Below, piece by piece: positions 57,719-64,000 of a stretch of DNA of 64,000 nt. This DNA is from Minutocellus sp. GHC0000111 (taxonomy: Eukaryota): positions 1,674,001 through 1,738,000 of the forward strand of contig OZ361259.1 of NCBI GenBank assembly GCA_977018835.1, read 5' to 3'. The stretch's first letter is position 1; every line of letters begins with the position of its first letter. The position numbers and the translations under genes are program-made. A model generated the notes under the pieces. The model did no database searches. It was not told the origin of the DNA and was given only the letters and a program-made list of their open reading frames with translations.

Positions 57719-59404
57719 GAGCACAACATCCAGCGCCGGCAGCGGCCGTACCATGTCGGTCCTGGAGCGAGCCCGGGCCCTTGAGGCCAAATGTGGCGGC
57801 GCCAAGCCAGCTGCTACTAACAAAGTCGCCAAAACCAGTCGAAGTCCCTCAAGGAATTTCGTCCCTTCCAAAGTAGGCAATACTGCCGAGGCGGGATCGG
57901 ACGGTGCACCTCAGCCTCATTCTACGGCCGCCACTTCGAGGGATGCAACCAAGATGGCGCCGAGGGCAAGCCGATACGCCAGTATTGCGAGATTACTCGA
58001 TGATGCCGATAGTAGCACCGTCGGACCAAAACCGGCACAAGATGTGACGGAGTGGCCCTCTACCGCGGAAACAGATCCCGCCAACAAGATTCCATCGACT
58101 TCGAGTGGTAAAAACAACGCACAACTCACCACCAAGCTATCCCTCGAAGACAAGATTGCATCCGACAAGACAAAGACTACTAAGCCAAGGACATCTGTGA
58201 AACGACCCTCCTCGAGTAGGAGTGGTAGCAAGAAGCTCAACAATTCCTTAAATACCACGCCGGCCTTTCTTACCCGAGCCGTGGCGTCCTGGAACAAGAC
58301 CGAGAAGTACTTTGACCCGCTCGATAGCGATCCATCGTCGTCGTCGGATAGTAACGGCAACGACGACGATGTTTCGGATGATGACAGCAAATGCTTGGCG
58401 GCGTCGACCAATTGCACCGGCAGCACTCATACGTCGGTAACGAACTCCTTCACGGCGGCCAGCTCGGTCACCTCAACAACTACCGGAGGAGACGCCACGG
58501 CCAACAGCCGTGGCACAGGAACGCGAGGCAGCGTCGATGCAGAACTGGATGCAGACCAGGGCGTGTCCTCGGAATCGGAGGACGACGACGATGAGCTCAA
58601 CTGATACAGCGGTGCCATGTTGGGATCTTTTCGTGGTTCTCGCGTTGGCATCAGCACCCGGCCCGTCAGTATTGACAGCCCCCCTCAAGTCATCCGATCC
58701 AAGATGCCAAGACACCAATCTTCAGGCACCGGCAATGGCAGTGACTTGAACTTTCACGGCTACCAGTCCAGTGACGATGAGACTGCGATACATGACAATA
58801 CGACTGCCGGTAACAGGGGCACAAAACTGAGGTCGAGGTCCATCAGTAGCAGTGCTGATACCAGCGCAACGATCGACGAAACGTCGACCTCGCTCTTCCC
58901 CGAGATATTAGTAGGATCCGATGACGAAGTCCCCCTTGGTATGATGAGAGGAGTCGCATCGAAATCTCTTGTATCGTCATCATCCTCGTCCTCGGCAACA
59001 TCGAATGGTTCTGTCGACTCGACCAAAGCCACTGTGACCAGGCGACCAGCCGACATATCTACCACCACTCGGGTTGTAACTACTGACACCAAGACGTCTG
59101 CTACGACCACTACTACCTCGTCTCTTACTGAAGATAACGATGCGACAAAGATGAAGCCTCTTTGGCAATGCCGTCTAGAGGACATGCGACTTCGACAGAA
59201 ACTGATGAAGGAACTGATGCATCGCGAGCAAGACGTGGCTGCTGCTAGTAGTGTACGCCTACCATTTCAGCACCACGCAGGGCCAATCTACCAACCAAGA
59301 TGCACCGGCAGGTAGTTGCCGGAGAGGAGGACTGGTCCAAAGACTTTGCGGACGATGCCTTCGTTGCATTCGATGACGATATCTTTGGCAGGAGCGAGAT
59401 TTAG
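57719..59404 (+). pseudogene. S/T-rich disordered protein with an in-frame TGA (58602-58604) and a probable late frameshift
   Basis: ORFs 57609-58604 and 58617-59315 share a frame. An alternative frame ends ...EEDWSKDFADDAFVAFDDDIFGRSEI* at ~59404. Confidence 0.55.
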
Positions 59405-59781
59405 ATGGAGTTTCCTTGAAATGTTCCTATAAGCTTGTCCGGTGCGCTTGACCTAAGTGGCGATAAGCACTTGCAATTGCAGAGAGGATCTGGCGTGAAA
59501 GTATATTCATGAAATTATAATTATGTTCTTATGTAAATGCTTGCAATAAACGAGAAACTACTTGCTCTTTTTTAAATGTGTTTACATGTACGTTTGTATC
59601 CTATGGGATCTACCAAAAGATTGTGCGGCACAATGTGTGAACGTCGATGCAATTGTCAACTGAGAACGACAGTGGAGCACTAACTGAGATCCTTATCCGA
59701 GTGTTCGATCATCTGCTGGTTCCGGCTTTGCCGTGTGTGCCTGGGTGGGACAAGCCCCGGTTTGAGGGTTCAATCTGCATT

Positions 59782-60090
59782 TTAAGTCGACGCCTCATTG
59801 ACACGTCGTAGAATTTCATCGATAAATGCAAATAAGTGGCGCTCACGTGCACGAGGAGGGTAAGGATCCCGAGAATTTTCTCCTCTTCTTCTTGGCGAAG
59901 GAACCTCTGTACTTCTTCGCTGATTAAGAGGCAGACTTGACTCGTCGTTTAGACTACTGAAAAATATGGTTCCTGGAGGCAGATGTTCAATCTTCACTTG
60001 TTCATTGGCACGCTTTGGGCGTGGAGCGCTATCACCTCCTCCTCCGTTCCTGCGCTGCGAGCAAACTTCGGGTTGATCATTTGAACTCAT
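59782..60090 (-). CDS. Small hypothetical protein, paralog of 60859-61279
   Basis: Shares QVKI.H, DESS.P and PYPP..RERH.FAF...I.R.V.E with the divergent ORF. Confidence 0.7.
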   Translation of the reverse strand: MSSNDQPEVCSQRRNGGGGDSAPRPKRANEQVKIEHLPPGTIFFSSLNDESSLPLNQRRSTEVPSPRRRGENSRDPYPPRARERHLFAFIDEILRRVNEAST

Positions 60091-60858
60091 TTTTGTGCGG
60101 CGAGGTTTGACTGGTTCAGTTGGCTACTTAGAGTGAAGAACAGACAGGGAAAAGCGACTGAATTGTTTTGGCTGGTAGAAATAATTTTTTTTGTTGGAGT
60201 GGAATGGCTGGCTGGTGTTGAGAGGTGATCTGACAGATCAGTCTTTGCTCCACTGAGATGACTCTACAATTGATTCGATTGTTGAATTGTGCCGGTGCGA
60301 GCGATTGGCGAATGCCTGGAGTACATGTACTACGTAGTACTAGTATGTAGTAGGCTGGTTGGAAAAGGGAAATAGGGCCTACCGACGTGTCTTTGTAGCC
60401 TACATACGTAGCTTAGTTAGTCGTGACAGTTTCTGAAAGAAGTGTCGTCGGCACATTAGGATGCATGCTGTTGTGTCAGAACTTTAATGACGCACGCACC
60501 CCTCAAGGGGAAGTGGGACAACACGGGACCATAAAAAAATCTGACTCTGACACAACAGCTTGTCCCATCCGGCGTTGCGCATCAGTTTGCAGAGCCGAAA
60601 ACGGGAATTTTGTCGCCTGCGTCTCGCCACGTAGGCCTACCTACACATGACAGGTCAGGCTAGCTAGACAAAATGACGCAGACATCGACAGAGTTCGGTA
60701 ATGCATCATTATCTTGCTCCCGCCATTTGCCATTTCAAGTGCACAAGGAAGACGGCTGCTGTACATGTGTCTCCATTTATCGTATTCATGTAATCAGTCC
60801 ATACCCATCCATCTTCATCGTCAGCTCTCGCTATCTTAGCTTCTCTCAAAACAAAATA

Positions 60859-61279
60859 ATGCCATCTGCCGGTACACCGACGCCCTCGCGTGATCTTGTC
60901 CGAAATCGGCCCAAAGTGCCGATCTCCTCGGCCCCAGACTTCGTCAACTTCCTCGTCCAAAAAGCGAACCACCACCACTACCGCCACCACCTCGAGGCAG
61001 GGAGAAGAAGGCGACAACACCTCTTCGATTCAAGAAAGCACCCCAAAGCAAGTCAAGATCGACCACTCGTCTCTTGCTGCATCTTTCCACCACGAGATTC
61101 TCAGAGATGAATCCAGCGAACCGAAGCGGCCGGTTCCACGAAGTCGTCGTCATCGTCAGACGACGGGAGGAGAAACCTTCCAGCACAATCCTTACCCACC
61201 TCTTGAGCGCGAACGCCACGTATTTGCCTTTGCCGAAGATATATGCCGACTGGTCGACGAGGAATTGGGCAATGCTTGA
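60859..61279 (+). CDS. Small hypothetical protein, paralog of 59782-60090; ATG 60859 is out of frame with the conserved part (possible frameshift)
   Basis: The conserved motifs lie in frame 60890-61279, which has no in-frame ATG. Confidence 0.55.
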
Positions 61280-61583
61280 GTGGTACCTGGGACACAGATA
61301 CCAGTTTTTTTATCAATCAAATCAGGCGGGGATAAAAATTTTGCTTAGTTAGAAGTCATACATGTAATGTACATAAAACAAACACCATTGATTAAACCAA
61401 GCAATGATTGTATGTATAGCAGATTTCCCCCGCCTTCTGCCCGATGTTCGAGCAAGGCAGCAACGGTCCAAACACGAGCAATGCACAGTATGTATACCAT
61501 TTATGCGGGGTAGAAGCATGGATGCACGGTCAATTGAAAATATAAAGACATTTTTTTGTGGCAAAACTATTTGAGAAAGCGCA

Positions 61584-63538
61584 TCATCCTTCCAAAAGGG
61601 TCTTCGTAATGCAAATCATGGCAAAGATGCTGAAGGCAACCACCACCCAGGCACAGGCCACCGAGGAACCGAAACCATCGTAATAGGTCTCGTATTGATA
61701 CAAGCCATGGTCGCTGGCGAATCGAATGCTGCCGATATAGAGCAGAGCTGGGATTGGAAATGCAGTTGCGATCGCGACGATGCCAGTCCAAGCTGTAATT
61801 ACTCCCAGATCTGATACGAACATGGCCCCAATGAGCGGTGGAATGCTCGATAAAAGCCGGAACAGTATGACTAGTCGTCGATTTTTCTGTTGATTAAAAA
61901 AAGACGCAAACAAGAGAAGGTCAGTGTACAACTTACTTCGATATAGAAATATGTATAGCATACATGTATCCCAAAATATCTCGCTCATTACCTCAGCTTC
62001 ATGGACTCCGTCTCCAAAAACGGCTGCCATGAGATTATTCCCCAGTGCAACAGTATTGAGTGGGAAAGAAGATATAACATTCAGCGCTGGAAATCCTAAA
62101 ACAAACATTGACATTGTCCGAGCCCACCATGCCACATTGATCCACATCGATGGATCATTTGGGCTTGGACCTCCACTACCTCCTACATAGGTGGACCAGT
62201 TGAGGTTCGAAGCCTGCTCAATCGACGATCCAAAGTAGGTTGTGACGCTATACCCCAGCAACCAAAACAAAACGCCAGTGATGAGAAATGTGTCCTTGAA
62301 AATAGAGCTCAGTTTCGTCTTGTCGTGTACAGGCTGAGACAGTACCGGGATGGCTGCGTGCATGATGGAGGTGAAAACTAGAACGCTGAACGCCGTATAA
62401 AATCCGTCGAACTTGAACATTCGCGTCGGTTCGGCGGCTCCATCTGGCATATTGGTGAAATGTACATTATTTTCGTCGTCGATGGCCACCAAAGAAGTGA
62501 TAATCATGACAAAGATAATGAGAAACCTGCAGCATGAATACATGACGTGGAACATAACCTGCTCTTTGAGCTCGAGACAAGATAGAGGAATGACTAAAAT
62601 CGCGTAGACAAGGGCGTAGAGGGTGTAGTCTGCTTCGTAGTGGTTGCTGAACGGCAGTGCCAAGGCCAAAGATGACGCAAAGACCGAGGTGAAGCCCCAA
62701 AGGCACCCATAGATATCCAAGGCGATGGATATCACATATGTCTTCTCTCCCCATGCGCCGAGGAATAAACGACAAAGTGCCGTAATCTCGAATTTTCTCT
62801 GTTTGACGACGAGACGAGATATTGCGCTGCATGTTGATGAGCTCGCGGTGCCCTTGTAATCCTCGACATGCCTTCTGCCGATTATTATAGGCGGTCTGGG
62901 CTCTGGCTCCTGGTGGACTTCCTCATACTGGTGGTGATGGGCATAAACTTCAGCAGGCTTTGTGTGCTCGATAGCTTCTTCGAATGTCTCGTAGCAGGGG
63001 TTGACCCACGTCGATCCATAGTAGTCGGTGCCGTGGTTCCTACTGTGTTCGTGGTGGGCATGCTGATGTTGCTGATATCCACTGTCAGCACTGTTAGCAA
63101 CTTGCTCTGACGATAGTAGCGACGATTCCTCGTCGATGACCTGTGTCGACTTGGTGTCCTCTTCTTCTGAATCTTCTTCTGTGTCGTCAAGGTCGTGATC
63201 TTCGACTACGTGGAGTTCAACTAGCTCCTCGGCGATTGCCATGCTCTCCAGCACATAGTTTTTGGTGATATTGCAAATGAGAATAACGACGGCCATCGTG
63301 AGGGTGCTGAGAATGATGCCGCCGGTGTAGAATGCCCACGCTGAAGGTACATGTAACATAAAAGTAGGAGGGGGAAACATGAGACACATGTTACAAATCA
63401 TCAAAGAATGCCGATGGCACTGCAATCAGACTTACGGATCGTGAGAAAGCCTGTTCCAACAATATAGTTCAAGGTAAAGCATATTGCGGTAGGCTTGGAG
63501 AAGCCGGATCGATGTTTTTGGTCGGCGTGTTCTCCCAT
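61584..63538 (-). CDS. Amino-acid transporter (Aa_trans / TMEM104-like); exons 63538-63436, 63340-61992, 61886-61584
   Basis: FTLNYIVGTGFLTIPWAF N-terminal signature, multiple TM helices and GT-AG introns. Confidence 0.88.
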
Positions 63539-63571
63539 GTTACTCTACTTTGGTATTGGAAGAGAAAGGAA

Positions 63572-63623
63572 GATGGCGAGAGAAAAGTGCCTGCCGCGAT
63601 GGCGAGAGAAAAGTGCCTGCCGC
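63572..63623 (+). repeat. Perfect 26-bp tandem repeat (GATGGCGAGAGAAAAGTGCCTGCCGC x2) upstream of the transporter ATG
   Basis: Read directly from the sequence. Confidence 0.9.
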
Positions 63624-64000
63624 AAGAGAGCGTCTAAAGTTGGCAGATCTTAGCAATGAGGTGCGCTTTTTATCGCTGCGTAGCTGTCCAAGAGCATCTC
63701 AGCTGGCACCGACCGTCGCGCATTTTCAGAGCGCCGGCGGGTTCTCGTTGGGGGCGGGCGGATGGATGGATGGGTCGGGTGGCCCTGCGAACCCCGACGT
63801 GCGTCTGCGAACCTTCCAAAATCTCGTCGCCGACCTCTTGGCGGTCGGATGGAATCAAGAGGCGGAGAGATGACGTCTAGCTAGTAGCTAGCTAGTAGCT
63901 AGCTAGAACTAGTAGATCTACCATATTGCAGCGCAACTTCACTTGACAATCAAATATAGATCTAATTAGATCTACAGGTAATACATTCGTTCGGTCAATG

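Noticed and set aside
1..64000. tRNA or rRNA genes
   Set aside because: None was recognised by eye. A tRNAscan-SE or Infernal run would be needed to exclude them.

Overview
Gene-dense eukaryotic nuclear DNA, most likely from a diatom or other photosynthetic stramenopile. This is inferred from the short GT-AG introns, ASAF-type bipartite plastid presequences and RxL-bearing secreted proteins. Recognisable genes include a GT11 fucosyltransferase, a subtilisin-like S8 protease, a PhyH-like dioxygenase, a GNAT acetyltransferase, an MBD/PDZ/JmjC chromatin protein, a plastid DHQase/shikimate dehydrogenase, a Nup153/Nup1-like FG nucleoporin, a 5-exon cyclophilin and an amino-acid transporter. The main finding is a 7,104-bp insertion (5266-12369), flanked by a 5-bp direct repeat (TGGAG), that splits the subtilisin gene exactly at its catalytic Ser codon. 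It has no TIRs, LTRs or recognisable transposase/RT. It carries four apparently intronless genes in two divergent pairs: an unknown protein, a coiled-coil/SAP-like protein, a divergent endonuclease-III (HhH-GPD)-like protein and a His-Cys-box (His-Me finger) homing-endonuclease-like protein. This makes it a candidate undescribed mobile element. The window also shows many gene lesions (in-frame stops, frameshifts, a 1,963-bp tandem duplication) and a Transib/Chapaev-like transposase remnant. All domain calls were made by eye from motifs; no database searches were run.
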